From: a virus
Reading direction: 5' to 3' (one strand)
IMG/VR virus record: IMGVR_UViG_3300042907_001527
Span: 1-64,000 of that record
DNA: 64,000 bases
Shown here: positions 29,470-39,300 of the stretch, one piece after another
Layout of the letters: each line of letters opens with the position of its first letter
Numbering within the stretch: position 1 is the stretch's first letter
The notes under the pieces: generated by a model
Told to the model about the DNA's origin: nothing
The model's database searches: none
Seen by the model: only the letters and a program-made list of their open reading frames with translations
Translations under genes and position numbers: made by a program

Positions 29470-30849
29470 TTAAGATTTTTGTTCTTGTTCTCTTTGTTTT
29501 CTTTTGTCCAACAGTTCTTTAACTCTGTCTCTTTTTCTTTCCTCTTGTTGTTCTCCAAAACCTAAGAACGTTACAGATGACTCTGTATCAATTTCAAGTA
29601 GTTCGTTGTTGAACTTACAGTTCTCAAACACCACCCCATCTTTACCAATACGTGATTTGGTAATTGCTATTGTTGCTAAATTCATTTCTTTTTGTTGTAA
29701 AGTTTTTGCCACGGAAATGATAACGTGTCCAACTTGTGCTTTCTTAATAGAACCTCCCATTTGGTCATTGGTTACAACCTCAGAAGATATAGAGCTTCTG
29801 TTACCCTGTGTTGCCGTCCATCCAACTAATGACAGTTCGTGACACATTGCCTCAAAACCTCTCATAACTGAACCCTCAGCTTTCCACTCGTCCTTACTTG
29901 TACTTTCCGGTACAATACAATCAATATAATCTAAAAGTACCAAGTCAATTTTTGTTCCGTCAGCAATCATTTTTCTGATTTGGTTTTTAATCTGATTCAT
30001 AGTTATAGAATCTGAAGGTAGTTTTTTCATAATTAACTCATTCTTCATGGTTTCTTTAATTTCTGTAATTTTAGACATAACCTCGTCTTTGTGTTTTACT
30101 AAATTATCAGGTTCAATTCCAGTCCAAAGTGTGAAATGCTTACGTTGTATGATTTTTGGATTGTCCTCAAAAAAAATTTGGAGAACATTATACCCAAGAT
30201 TAAACGCGGTATTGGCAATCTTTGTTAAGATGGTAGTTTTACCAACACCTGTCGGTGCAAGGATAACCCCAATTTCACCCTTTGCAAGACCTCCCTTAAG
30301 CAATCTGTCAATACCAGGTATTCCTAATGGAATTGGATGTCTAAAATCCTCATCAAGGACTGTTTCAAGATTAGAAAAAACATCAAGGGTTCCAGTATCT
30401 TTTTCCCCAACCTGTAACGCTTCACGAACCAAACTCTCAACTTTGTCATAAGATTCAAAGTCACCTTCAGTAATAATTTTTTGGGCTTTGTCCATCGCCT
30501 TTTGTAGTTCTTGTTGTTTACAAAACTTCAACGCTTTTTCTTGAACAAATTGTGTACCCTCAAATGGTGCATCTTTTACTTTTTTAATAGTGTCAATAAC
30601 AATTTTTGCAACCAATTCTTGTGAAATCTCAGATTTTACAATTTGTTCGAGAGTATCAAAATTAGGGGTAGATTGGTATTTGGTGTGATACTCCTTGGTC
30701 ATTTGCAAGATAATCTTAAAGTATTTGTTATCAAAATATGTCGTTTCAATAACATCCATAATTGATGTTGAAAATTCTTTATTTACAATAAGTTGGTTTA
30801 AAAGTTGGATTTGGAATGTGTTTCCTAAGTAGTCAAAGTTTTTGTTCAT
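29470..30849 (-). CDS. Replicative DnaB-like helicase (T4 gp41-like)
   Basis: [20 protein letters not shown] Walker A, LLDYID Walker [14 protein letters not shown]. Confidence 0.92.
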   Translation of the reverse strand: MNKNFDYLGNTFQIQLLNQLIVNKEFSTSIMDVIETTYFDNKYFKIILQMTKEYHTKYQSTPNFDTLEQIVKSEISQELVAKIVIDTIKKVKDAPFEGTQFVQEKALKFCKQQELQKAMDKAQKIITEGDFESYDKVESLVREALQVGEKDTGTLDVFSNLETVLDEDFRHPIPLGIPGIDRLLKGGLAKGEIGVILAPTGVGKTTILTKIANTAFNLGYNVLQIFFEDNPKIIQRKHFTLWTGIEPDNLVKHKDEVMSKITEIKETMKNELIMKKLPSDSITMNQIKNQIRKMIADGTKIDLVLLDYIDCIVPESTSKDEWKAEGSVMRGFEAMCHELSLVGWTATQGNRSSISSEVVTNDQMGGSIKKAQVGHVIISVAKTLQQKEMNLATIAITKSRIGKDGVVFENCKFNNELLEIDTESSVTFLGFGEQQEERKRDRVKELLDKRKQREQEQKS

Positions 30850-30883
30850 ATGATATATTTCTCTCGTCTGTTTTATTAAATAT

Positions 30884-31336
30884 TCACTTGTTTAAGTCAA
30901 ATCCCAAATATTCTAAACTTAATTTTTGTTCGGAAAAAATGTCAGTTAATTCTTTTAACATGTTTTTTAAAAATGGTCTTACGTCAACAGTATAACGAAC
31001 TTTTGGTGGGAATTTTTTTCCATCAATACATCTATGACAAATTGTCTGTTCACCAATTTTAAGATAAATATTGAATTGTTCACTACCTTCAGTAAGGGAT
31101 GTTTCCATGATTAACGGGTCATTGATAATTAAATTCATATTGTCCATCATATAAATTACTGTTTTCATTTTTAGGTGATACTCAAGTTCTCTTTTAAATT
31201 GTGAGATAAAGTCGTATAAGTCTACGGAATTTTTTGCCTTTGGGTTATACCCTCTGACATTAAAGAATCTTTGAACAACGATGTTATCGTTTAATGTTAA
31301 TAAAAATTCTATTTTAGTGCTGTCTTGTTCTTTCAT
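30884..31336 (-). CDS. Hypothetical protein (start revised to ATG 31336)
   Basis: 150-aa ORF between exonuclease and helicase. Confidence 0.7.
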   Translation of the reverse strand: MKEQDSTKIEFLLTLNDNIVVQRFFNVRGYNPKAKNSVDLYDFISQFKRELEYHLKMKTVIYMMDNMNLIINDPLIMETSLTEGSEQFNIYLKIGEQTICHRCIDGKKFPPKVRYTVDVRPFLKNMLKELTDIFSEQKLSLEYLGFDLNK

Positions 31337-31338
31337 AA

Positions 31339-32343
31339 TTAATTTTTTTTTGTGTTTCTTTTTTCTTTTCTTGTTAATTTCATAAAAGGTGTTAGGAAGT
31401 TTACCCAAGCCTCGTCATTTTTTGGTAGATATTTGAAAAGTCCATCTTCCACCATCATTCTCATTAAGTTTTTATATCCCCTATCTGTAGGGTCTATAGT
31501 GTCAGTTAAAATTTGTTCAACTAATTTTTTTCCATCGGTAGTGATTAAAGGGTTTGTAAGGTCGACTATCTTTTTGTTTGTTGTATAAAACTCTTCACCA
31601 AGTATAGTTGATTTTGTCTTACCAGTCAAAAGATTTGTGAATGTTTTTGAAGGTTTGTCCTGCAAAAGATTTCGAGCACAATCTAAAATTTCTTCCATAG
31701 TACAAGGTTTCTTCTGCACCTGAGGGAAAAACTTAACTAATGTTTTTTCTCCAAGTCCCTGTATTCCTTCAATATTGTCTGATTTGTCCCCCGTGAATAT
31801 CTTTGTCAACAATACATTGTAGTGAGGTATATCCACTTTGTTCATAGATATCATATCTCCATTTTTAAAGTACTGTTTTGTGATAGGTGAATAGATTGTC
31901 ACATGTTCAGAGATAAGCTGTGTAAGGTCTTTATCCGCAGAAAAAATGATAATCTTCTCGTCTTTAGATATCTTACAATAATAAGCAATTAAGTCATCTG
32001 CCTCATTGTCGTGCATCTCAACCTGTCTTACAAATATCTCCTCAAGATATTGTTTGATTCGAGACTTCTGATACAAATACGATTCGTACTTATATTCATT
32101 CATATCGTCTTGTCGTCTGTTCGCCTTATACTGGGGGTATATAGATTTTCTGATGGACGAATTTGAATCTCCGTCCCAAAACACAACAACTTTATCATGG
32201 TTGTGTTCATTAAGAAATTTACGGAGTATACTCACAAAGTGAAATACTCCACCCACATGAGCTCCGTCGTTAAACACGTCTTTTGCTCCGTGGAATCCTA
32301 TCTTAAATAAATTATCTCCGTCTACTAGTAATGTCTTAATCAC
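31339..32343 (-). CDS. 5'-3' exonuclease / flap endonuclease (T4 RNase H-like)
   Basis: LLVDGDN, YKANR, EADDLIA, SADKDLTQL, GDKSDNIEGIQGLGEKT. Confidence 0.95.
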   Translation of the reverse strand: MIKTLLVDGDNLFKIGFHGAKDVFNDGAHVGGVFHFVSILRKFLNEHNHDKVVVFWDGDSNSSIRKSIYPQYKANRRQDDMNEYKYESYLYQKSRIKQYLEEIFVRQVEMHDNEADDLIAYYCKISKDEKIIIFSADKDLTQLISEHVTIYSPITKQYFKNGDMISMNKVDIPHYNVLLTKIFTGDKSDNIEGIQGLGEKTLVKFFPQVQKKPCTMEEILDCARNLLQDKPSKTFTNLLTGKTKSTILGEEFYTTNKKIVDLTNPLITTDGKKLVEQILTDTIDPTDRGYKNLMRMMVEDGLFKYLPKNDEAWVNFLTPFMKLTRKEKRNTKKN

Positions 32344-32357
32344 ATTTGTGATTTAAA

Positions 32358-32975
32358 TTAATATAAAATCTTGTTACTTTTTTTCAAATTGTCTTCCGCC
32401 CATAATGGTTGAAGATTTTTATAATGACATAACATATAAAGTTCGTCTTCTGTTTTTGCCGATGATAACGGAATGATGTGGTCAATGTGCCACTCACTCC
32501 TATTTTCCCAAGTCATACCATCAATAAATTGGGCTTCTAAATGTTCTTTTAAAAATTGTGGAGAACATCCAACAATTTCGAAAGTATGTTTTGACCGATA
32601 TTTTAAATATCGATTGACTGAAGTTCTAATGTTAGTTTTAAGTCTAAATAGAATATCTTCTTTTTTTCTTTGTTTATTATAATCATTAATATAATCAGGG
32701 TTTTTTTCTTTGAATCTTTTTCTTGTTTCTAAAACTTTATCATAATTTTCAACATCCCATATTTTACGATATTCTTGATAATAAAATTTGTTTTCAGAAT
32801 TCCATTTAGAATTATATTCTTTTATTTTTTCCTTATTTTTAAGTTTATATTCCTTAGTTCCAAGTCTTTGACACTCTCTACATTCCGCCTTTCTACCATC
32901 TTTTACTCTTGAACATACGTTATATTCCAATAGTAATTTCTCAATACCACACTTAGTACAAACTTTAGTTTCCAT
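32358..32975 (-). CDS. Free-standing HNH endonuclease with N-terminal zinc finger
   Basis: CTKC...CREC; MTWEN..EWHIDHIIPLS...HYKNLQPLWAEDNLKKSNK. Confidence 0.9.
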   Translation of the reverse strand: METKVCTKCGIEKLLLEYNVCSRVKDGRKAECRECQRLGTKEYKLKNKEKIKEYNSKWNSENKFYYQEYRKIWDVENYDKVLETRKRFKEKNPDYINDYNKQRKKEDILFRLKTNIRTSVNRYLKYRSKHTFEIVGCSPQFLKEHLEAQFIDGMTWENRSEWHIDHIIPLSSAKTEDELYMLCHYKNLQPLWAEDNLKKSNKILY

Positions 32976-33117
32976 TTTTAATATATTCTTTTAATAATTT
33001 ATTAACAAGGGAAGATAAATTTATAGATTTATCTTTAAAGTGTTGTGGCAGTTCGGGGTCAACCGCAACCGAAACCTTTATTTTTTTTTTATCTTCATCA
33101 ATCTTATTTCTTCCCAT
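32965..33117 (-). CDS. Small ribbon-helix-helix DNA-binding protein, 50 aa (not in ORF track)
   Basis: MGRNKIDEDKKKIKVSVAVDPELPQHFKDKSINLSSLVNKLLKEYIKNGN*: alternating beta strand KVSVAV then two helices with NLS.LV..LL; overlaps the HNH start. Confidence 0.75.
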   Translation of the reverse strand: MGRNKIDEDKKKIKVSVAVDPELPQHFKDKSINLSSLVNKLLKEYIKNGN

Positions 33118-33169
33118 ATTATATAAATATCTTAAAAATACTTAAAAGTAGTAATAGTATCAATTTTTT

Positions 33170-34168
33170 TTATTCTTTTTCTTCTTTCAAATCAAAATCA
33201 CCATCAGTTCCAATTATTTCTTTCCAATAGTCAGCATATTCTTTTTTATATTTTTCAATATTTGATTTCTCTTCAGTAGAATCTTTACCCGCCAAAAATC
33301 CGTGTGGGGTTACAATAATACGGCCATCTTCATAACCCAATCCGTTAATGTGATTTTTTAAGACCGAAACTTTACTTCTAATCGCAAATTTGATACTTCT
33401 TTTATCTTTGGTGGCGGTTATCTTATTTGTTCCAGCACCTTTTTGATTACCAAATAAAAATACTAATGAAGAATTTAACCAAATAGCATTGCCGCCCTTT
33501 GCCATAATCTTAGGTTGACCAAATGGATTATCCGGTAACTCCACCCAAGGTTGATTTACGATAATTAAAGTGTTTTCATATTTTGAATCTGACCTTCTAC
33601 TTCCTGAAATTCTTTGATTAATACCCATACCAATTTTATCTGATAACGCTCCGGCCGTGTGTTGTTTCCCACCTTTTCCATCAAAAGTCATTTTACATGG
33701 TACGCTGCCCACGCTATCCCACATTATACATAAACTATAATCTAATTCTCCTTTTTCTTGAGCGTCAAGTAACGAATTAATATAATCAGTAATTTGTTCA
33801 ATATATTCAAAATTATTGTTAAATATAAAGAATCCATCCCAATCTAATTCTCCTGTTTCAGTATCAACAACTTCTTCACATTCAAACCCCATTAATTTAG
33901 CGTGCTCGAACGACCATTTCTGTTCTGTAATGATGAATACAGGTAGAATACCTTTCTTTTGGGCATCAACGGCAGTTTTAACTAACGCAGTTGTTTTTCC
34001 TGTGTCAGAGTGACCCAAGAACATATTTAAGTGTCCAATTGCAGGACCTGGTAGTCCAACCGCGTCTAAGAAGTCCGAACCTAAGTCAAAAAATCTTTGT
34101 GGTTTGTATTTAGCAGAAGTAGAGAATTTTTTCTTTACTGAGTTAAAGTCGTTTTTTTTAATTGCCAT
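33170..34168 (-). CDS. recA: RecA/UvsX-like recombinase
   Basis: GHSDTGKTT Walker A, IMWDSVG Walker B, IIVNQ, KGG, KNHI. Confidence 0.88.
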   Translation of the reverse strand: MAIKKNDFNSVKKKFSTSAKYKPQRFFDLGSDFLDAVGLPGPAIGHLNMFLGHSDTGKTTALVKTAVDAQKKGILPVFIITEQKWSFEHAKLMGFECEEVVDTETGELDWDGFFIFNNNFEYIEQITDYINSLLDAQEKGELDYSLCIMWDSVGSVPCKMTFDGKGGKQHTAGALSDKIGMGINQRISGSRRSDSKYENTLIIVNQPWVELPDNPFGQPKIMAKGGNAIWLNSSLVFLFGNQKGAGTNKITATKDKRSIKFAIRSKVSVLKNHINGLGYEDGRIIVTPHGFLAGKDSTEEKSNIEKYKKEYADYWKEIIGTDGDFDLKEEKE

Positions 34169-34388
34169 TTTCCCCATAAATATTAAAATTTATAATTGTT
34201 TGTAGTTTGTCTTTTGCATTTGTTAATTTTTCAACTAAATTATCCATTTCTTCTGTATGTTGTGGATGTTCTCCAATACCAACTGAGCTACTGAAATAAA
34301 TGTATAATCTTGCTTCAGAATCTGATATCTCAGCCTCATATTTTTTTATTAAAGCTGTTTTTAATTTTTCTGCGATAAATGGTTTCAT
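34158..34388 (-). CDS. Small hypothetical phage protein (VGIGEHP motif)
   Basis: 76-aa helical ORF overlapping the recA start. Confidence 0.65.
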   Translation of the reverse strand: MKPFIAEKLKTALIKKYEAEISDSEARLYIYFSSSVGIGEHPQHTEEMDNLVEKLTNAKDKLQTIINFNIYGENGN

Positions 34389-34413
34389 AGTGTTTTTTTT
34401 ATAAAATATAAAC

Positions 34414-34443
34414 AAAAAAACGGGAACAATAAACTGCTCCCGT
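34414..34443 (-). terminator. Rho-independent terminator after SSB gene
   Basis: ACGGGAGCA...TGTTCCCGT stem then T-run on the minus strand. Confidence 0.75.
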
Positions 34444-34465
34444 CAGATTTTTTTTAATAATTTAT

Positions 34466-35314
34466 TTAGAAAGGTAACTCTCCGTCAGCTTCATCATTTA
34501 ATTGTGGGTCAACAATTTTAGTTGTTTTACTCCCGCCAATAGATGTGGTTAATTCATCATTATTTGAATATACATATCCACCTTTTTCAGTATCCCATTT
34601 TGGTGTTTCTCCACGAGCAATTGCTTCAAGATAGTCAACAGGTTTTTTAGAATATACATCTAACCAAGTCATCTCGTCATTAATCCAAACATTAGCTTGA
34701 GCTTTGTCTTCGTGAACAGGAGTTGGGTCATCGTACATGATTGTAGAGATACTTGTATACTCTTTACCCGCAGGTGTCTTAGATTTACTTAATTCGATAA
34801 CAAGGTCACGTCCTTTTTCAGGGTCAGTGATATCACCTTTGTTTCTCCAAATTGGAATGATTTTATCTAAGATACCATCATTTTTATAGTTGTGTTTAAA
34901 TCTCCAAAATTTAACACCGTCTTCTTCGTGGTCTCTATCAATCACTTTAACGATGTAGAACTTACGAGACTTGTATTGTTTTGCCAATTCTTTGTCTGAT
35001 TCTTTACCTGTAGACATCAACTCTTCGTAAACCTCATTCAAAGGTGAACGTTCGTTATCATTCTTTCCTGGGTCAAAGAATTTGTTCCATTGTCCACCAA
35101 CTTGAATTTCGTGGTACCATGCTTCTTTGAATGGTGAAGAACCATCTGGTGTTGGTAGGATACGTACTCTACGTTGTCCTGATTTCTCTTTGTCAGAAAG
35201 GATACAAGCGAAATACTTTTTCATTCTTTCGTCTTGCGACATTTTGCTTTGGGCCCCGCCCCCTTGTTGTGCTTTTTCGTACTGTGCCAATACGGCGTCT
35301 AATGAACTCATCAT
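34466..35314 (-). CDS. Single-stranded DNA-binding protein (T4 gp32-like)
   Basis: RVRILP, ITDPEKGRDL, acidic C-terminus ending DGELPF. Confidence 0.88.
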   Translation of the reverse strand: MMSSLDAVLAQYEKAQQGGGAQSKMSQDERMKKYFACILSDKEKSGQRRVRILPTPDGSSPFKEAWYHEIQVGGQWNKFFDPGKNDNERSPLNEVYEELMSTGKESDKELAKQYKSRKFYIVKVIDRDHEEDGVKFWRFKHNYKNDGILDKIIPIWRNKGDITDPEKGRDLVIELSKSKTPAGKEYTSISTIMYDDPTPVHEDKAQANVWINDEMTWLDVYSKKPVDYLEAIARGETPKWDTEKGGYVYSNNDELTTSIGGSKTTKIVDPQLNDEADGELPF

Positions 35315-35346
35315 GTTTTTATATATTTAAAATTAATTTGTGTTAT

Positions 35347-35376
35347 AAATATAATAAAATTCTATTGATTTGTCAA
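35347..35376 (-). promoter_or_regulatory. Putative host-polymerase promoter upstream of the SSB/replication block
   Basis: Minus strand TTGACA-N17-TATATT. Confidence 0.5.
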
Positions 35377-35378
35377 AT

Positions 35379-35405
35379 AAAAAAGGTCACTTTTTGAGTG
35401 ACCTT
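35379..35405 (-). terminator. Rho-independent terminator
   Basis: AAGGTCACT-N5-AGTGACCTT hairpin plus T-run on the minus strand. Confidence 0.8.
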
Positions 35406-35426
35406 CCATTTTATTTTATTTTAAGA

Positions 35427-36083
35427 TTATTTGTATTTAAACTTGTCATTAATATCATTTGATTTGTTTCGAAAAGAATCTTGAATGTCATTAACATTAA
35501 TGTCGGTTACATCATCAGAAGTTAAAACATACTCATTTTTTCCTGTTTTTTCCATCTCATCAGTTTTATCATCAAAGAATTGTGATAATTTTTGGTTGAA
35601 TGGATATGAGTCATAACTTCTTAGTTCCAATTTTTCTTGTGGAGTTTTTTCTCTGTATTTCTCAATTTTATTTTCAAGAGCATTTAACTTGTTCATAATT
35701 GCATCCATCTCTCCTAACCTTGATTCCAATTTACCTAATTGTCCAAATAAGTTGTCAAAATAATCATCTTGTTTTGACTGAATATCTTTTTGAGCGGTAA
35801 CTAAATCAGTAATATCAAGTTCTTCACTACCCTCACTATCTTTATCTTTTTCTTCTGATTCTCCCTCGTCATCAATTTTTTCAACGTCAGGGTCATTTTC
35901 AACATCAATTGGTTCGGCGGGTGCCTCGGCGGGTGCCTCACCTGCTGCTGGTGGAGGTGGAGCTTCCCCTTCAGGAGGTAACGCTGCGTCAACAGGCGGT
36001 GGAACCGCTTCTTGTTCCAAAATATAATTATTGATACTTCTGTATCGTTGAATTTCGCTTAATATCTTTTTATCTATACTCAT
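35427..36083 (-). CDS. Acidic Pro-rich coiled-coil protein, possible head-internal protein
   Basis: N-terminal ILSE/ILE motifs, PPP/acidic linker, coiled coil. Confidence 0.55.
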   Translation of the reverse strand: MSIDKKILSEIQRYRSINNYILEQEAVPPPVDAALPPEGEAPPPPAAGEAPAEAPAEPIDVENDPDVEKIDDEGESEEKDKDSEGSEELDITDLVTAQKDIQSKQDDYFDNLFGQLGKLESRLGEMDAIMNKLNALENKIEKYREKTPQEKLELRSYDSYPFNQKLSQFFDDKTDEMEKTGKNEYVLTSDDVTDINVNDIQDSFRNKSNDINDKFKYK

Positions 36084-36087
36084 TATA

Positions 36088-36312
36088 TTATCCGTTTAAT
36101 AATTGTTTTATACCTTTAGATGTTTCAACTCTAACTTTTCTATTGGCGGTTGTTTGGTGTCCGGCTCTTTCAATAAGACCATCTTTTTCTCTTACGGTAT
36201 AACAATCTCCCGTATCTAAATCACAAACTTGTTTAGTTCCGTCTCCGTTATCTTCTTGTGAAAATCTTGTAGATTTACCAAGGTAGTTGTCTAATGTTGT
36301 TTTAATGTCCAT
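36088..36312 (-). CDS. Small hypothetical protein
   Basis: 74-aa ORF with a TATTTAT motif 15 nt upstream. Confidence 0.7.
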   Translation of the reverse strand: MDIKTTLDNYLGKSTRFSQEDNGDGTKQVCDLDTGDCYTVREKDGLIERAGHQTTANRKVRVETSKGIKQLLNG

Positions 36313-36350
36313 AATTATCTTTATATATAAATATATCGTTATTTGTTAAA

Positions 36351-39300
36351 TTATAATTGTATATTCAGTTTAAAAGTGCGAGTTGATAGTTGTCCAGATA
36401 CTAAAGACCTAGCAAATAATGTAAATTCACAAATGATATTACAATTTGATGGTGGTGTTTGCCAATTAGTAGTAATGACACTTAATATGTTGGCTTGATT
36501 CATATTGAAGTTATTTGAAGTTAAGTAAGTATCGCCTAAACCAATAATATTACTTTCATATACGGTAGATGTTATTGTTGAATCATTCACGACGTTTTCT
36601 TGAGTAACCTTAAATCTCATGTTAGGATAATTGTTAGTAGGTAAGAAAGTATAAGTACCAATAAGAACAGGATTAATATCAACATTAACTGACGCATTTC
36701 CAATAAATGTAACACCATTTTGAGTTTGTCCAATCATAGGTATCGGACCAGTTTGTTGTGAATTTGTATTAACATTTGGAGGAAGATTTGGAGCAACTGT
36801 TGGTGGTGCGGCAGATGTTTGTAATGGATTATATGTAAAGATTGTAGTACTTGTTCCAATACCATGAACACCACTTAATGTAATTGTATTATCTTGAGGT
36901 ATTAGTGTATTACTAAATGGAATTAATACTACAATATTTACACCACTATTAATAGTAATTCCAGTTGTAGTTGTTACATTATTTATTGTCGCCGCTGTTA
37001 CCGTACCTAAATCAGTACCTGTAATATTTAATATTGTTCCAGTAACACCCGTTAATGGTGAGAATGATGTGATAGTTGGTGGAAAACAAGTTGGTAGTGG
37101 TAATGTTGTTGTATTAAGATTATTAGTCGTATTTGTTGTATTAGGGTTTACAATTTGTTGGGTTTGACGCTTAACTGCATCATATGCTTTTTTTACTGAT
37201 TCAAAATCTAATTGTACTAATTTTGCCGATTGGTAAGCATCTTCAAAAGTATCATATAATTTTGTAAACTCATCTTGATTTTCGTCAAAATAAGATTCTG
37301 GAATGTTTTGGTTTTCTGCCGTTGGTGGTTTCCAATAACAAACGTAGTATTTTAAAAGACCTAAAGGAGCATTACCGTTTTCTCCATAATAAATTCTTTT
37401 AATATTTGGTGTTAATCTTGCAACCATAAAATCTAAAAATTTATCAAGATTTGTAAAATTAGCAATAGGTTGTGAGACTAATCCCCCTAAGGAATTAGGA
37501 ATTTTAACACAAGATGATTGTTTTTGAACAAAATAAATAGAACTAGCCCCCCAATTTGTACTTAATGGAACATTTGCGAAATTATTATTATACCCATAAA
37601 ATTTATCTTTATTAAAAGTTAATATATAACATAACAAATAAATTGTAGTTTGCAACTCAGTATTAGTTACTTTGGCGGTTATTGCGTTTGCAAACTGTAA
37701 AGGTGATAATCCTGTTGTTATAGATTCAACAAAATCACCCCAAGTCACATAATTATCACTTAAATTATTAGTACAAGAATTTGCTGCCGCAGCAACATTA
37801 TCACCATTCTGAGATAACAATGCCGTTTTATTAATGTTAGTTAATGGTTTATCTGGAACGTTATCTTTATTTGTTAAAATAATACTTTCAATTTGGGTTA
37901 AAAGATTTTGATTAATACTTTGTAAAAAGTTGTCAATTGAAGGTAAATCAAAAACTCCTTGTCTAACTCCGGTAAATGATGTTTGAAATTCCCCAGAACC
38001 AATAGTGTGAGTAACATCAGTAATTAAGTAAGGTCCATTAAACATTGGAACATGTCTAAGATTAAAATACATTGTTGGTTGTAATAATGCATTTCCCAAA
38101 CAAACAACTTGGCATTGGTAACTTCTTTGTTTATATAAATTATATAAACCATTATTTTGAGTTGCAACAGTTTTACCATTTGCTTGGTTAACCATGTTCA
38201 ACTGAGTTTGAATTGTTTCTGAAGTTGCTTTACCACTATCCATAGAAACATTGAAAGAATAAAATATATTTTGATTTCTTGTTCCAATGTCAACATTAAA
38301 TCCAACACATTTATTTGAGAGTGCCCAATCCTTTTTACCAACTTGATTTTCAATTAACGGGTTATTTGCTCGTTTTAAATCAAAAGCATCGTCTCTAAAT
38401 CTAGAATTACCTTTTGGTAAATCTAAATAAGCTGAGGGGAGTCCGGCATAAAAACAAATTAATTTTGGACCTGATTTTCTATAATCAACATCTAAAAATG
38501 TTCCCCACATATTATCAGCAAACTCTAAAGAACCTTCAGCACTTTGAGATATTGTAGTCCCGTCCGCATCTTGTACATTATAAAAATTAACATATGCTGG
38601 CAATGGCATTACATTAAATTTATTCTTAATTAATATTCCACTAAGAAATGTGAATACACTCATTTCCATATTAATAGAACTCTCTTTTAAAGTATTTTTT
38701 AAATCAAAAATATCAACAAGAATAATATCACCAACATTTCTTGATGCTCTATCCAAAAATAAAAAATCTTCAAATAAAGTTTTATTTGTAAAATCTCCAC
38801 CAGCAATCCATTTATCATTTAAAGCTTTAAACACTTCATAATTTTCAACTTTACTTTGTTGACCGTCAATCACACTTTCTATTTTTTTCTCAGGTAACTG
38901 TTGTTGGTTTGGTAATTCAGCTCTAACCTTTGTTAGTATTTGATTTAAAAAAATATTTTGAATTGCATTTGTTCCTTGTAAATAATCTTGAAGTCTACCT
39001 TTAAATTCTGAACTAGTTATTGTTGGGGTATATAATTTTTGAGTAGCATATTGTTTAATGAGTTGCGAACACAATGTAATATTATCTACTGAAAATTCAA
39101 TTTTATTATCAATAAAAAAATCTGTAATATAAGAACCTTGGTTTGTATATTTTAAATTTGTAATTGTCGAAAACCCTACTTCAGTTTCTAAAGCCAACCA
39201 AGCTTCAGGATATGTTGCTTGGGATTGTGCCAAAGTAATTGTTCCGTTTGCTGATGGTAATGTATTGTTGACATATAAATTAAAAGGTATTGGGTCTACA

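Noticed and set aside
29460-29558. N-terminal extension of NrdB in the ORF track (likewise 31337-31408 and 34389-34415)
   Set aside because: Extensions are low-complexity and mostly overlap the upstream gene; downstream ATGs give sensible starts
26073-34168. Inteins or introns in nrdA, nrdB, helicase or recA
   Set aside because: ORFs are uninterrupted, of normal size, with no intein splice motifs noticed; the HNH gene is intergenic
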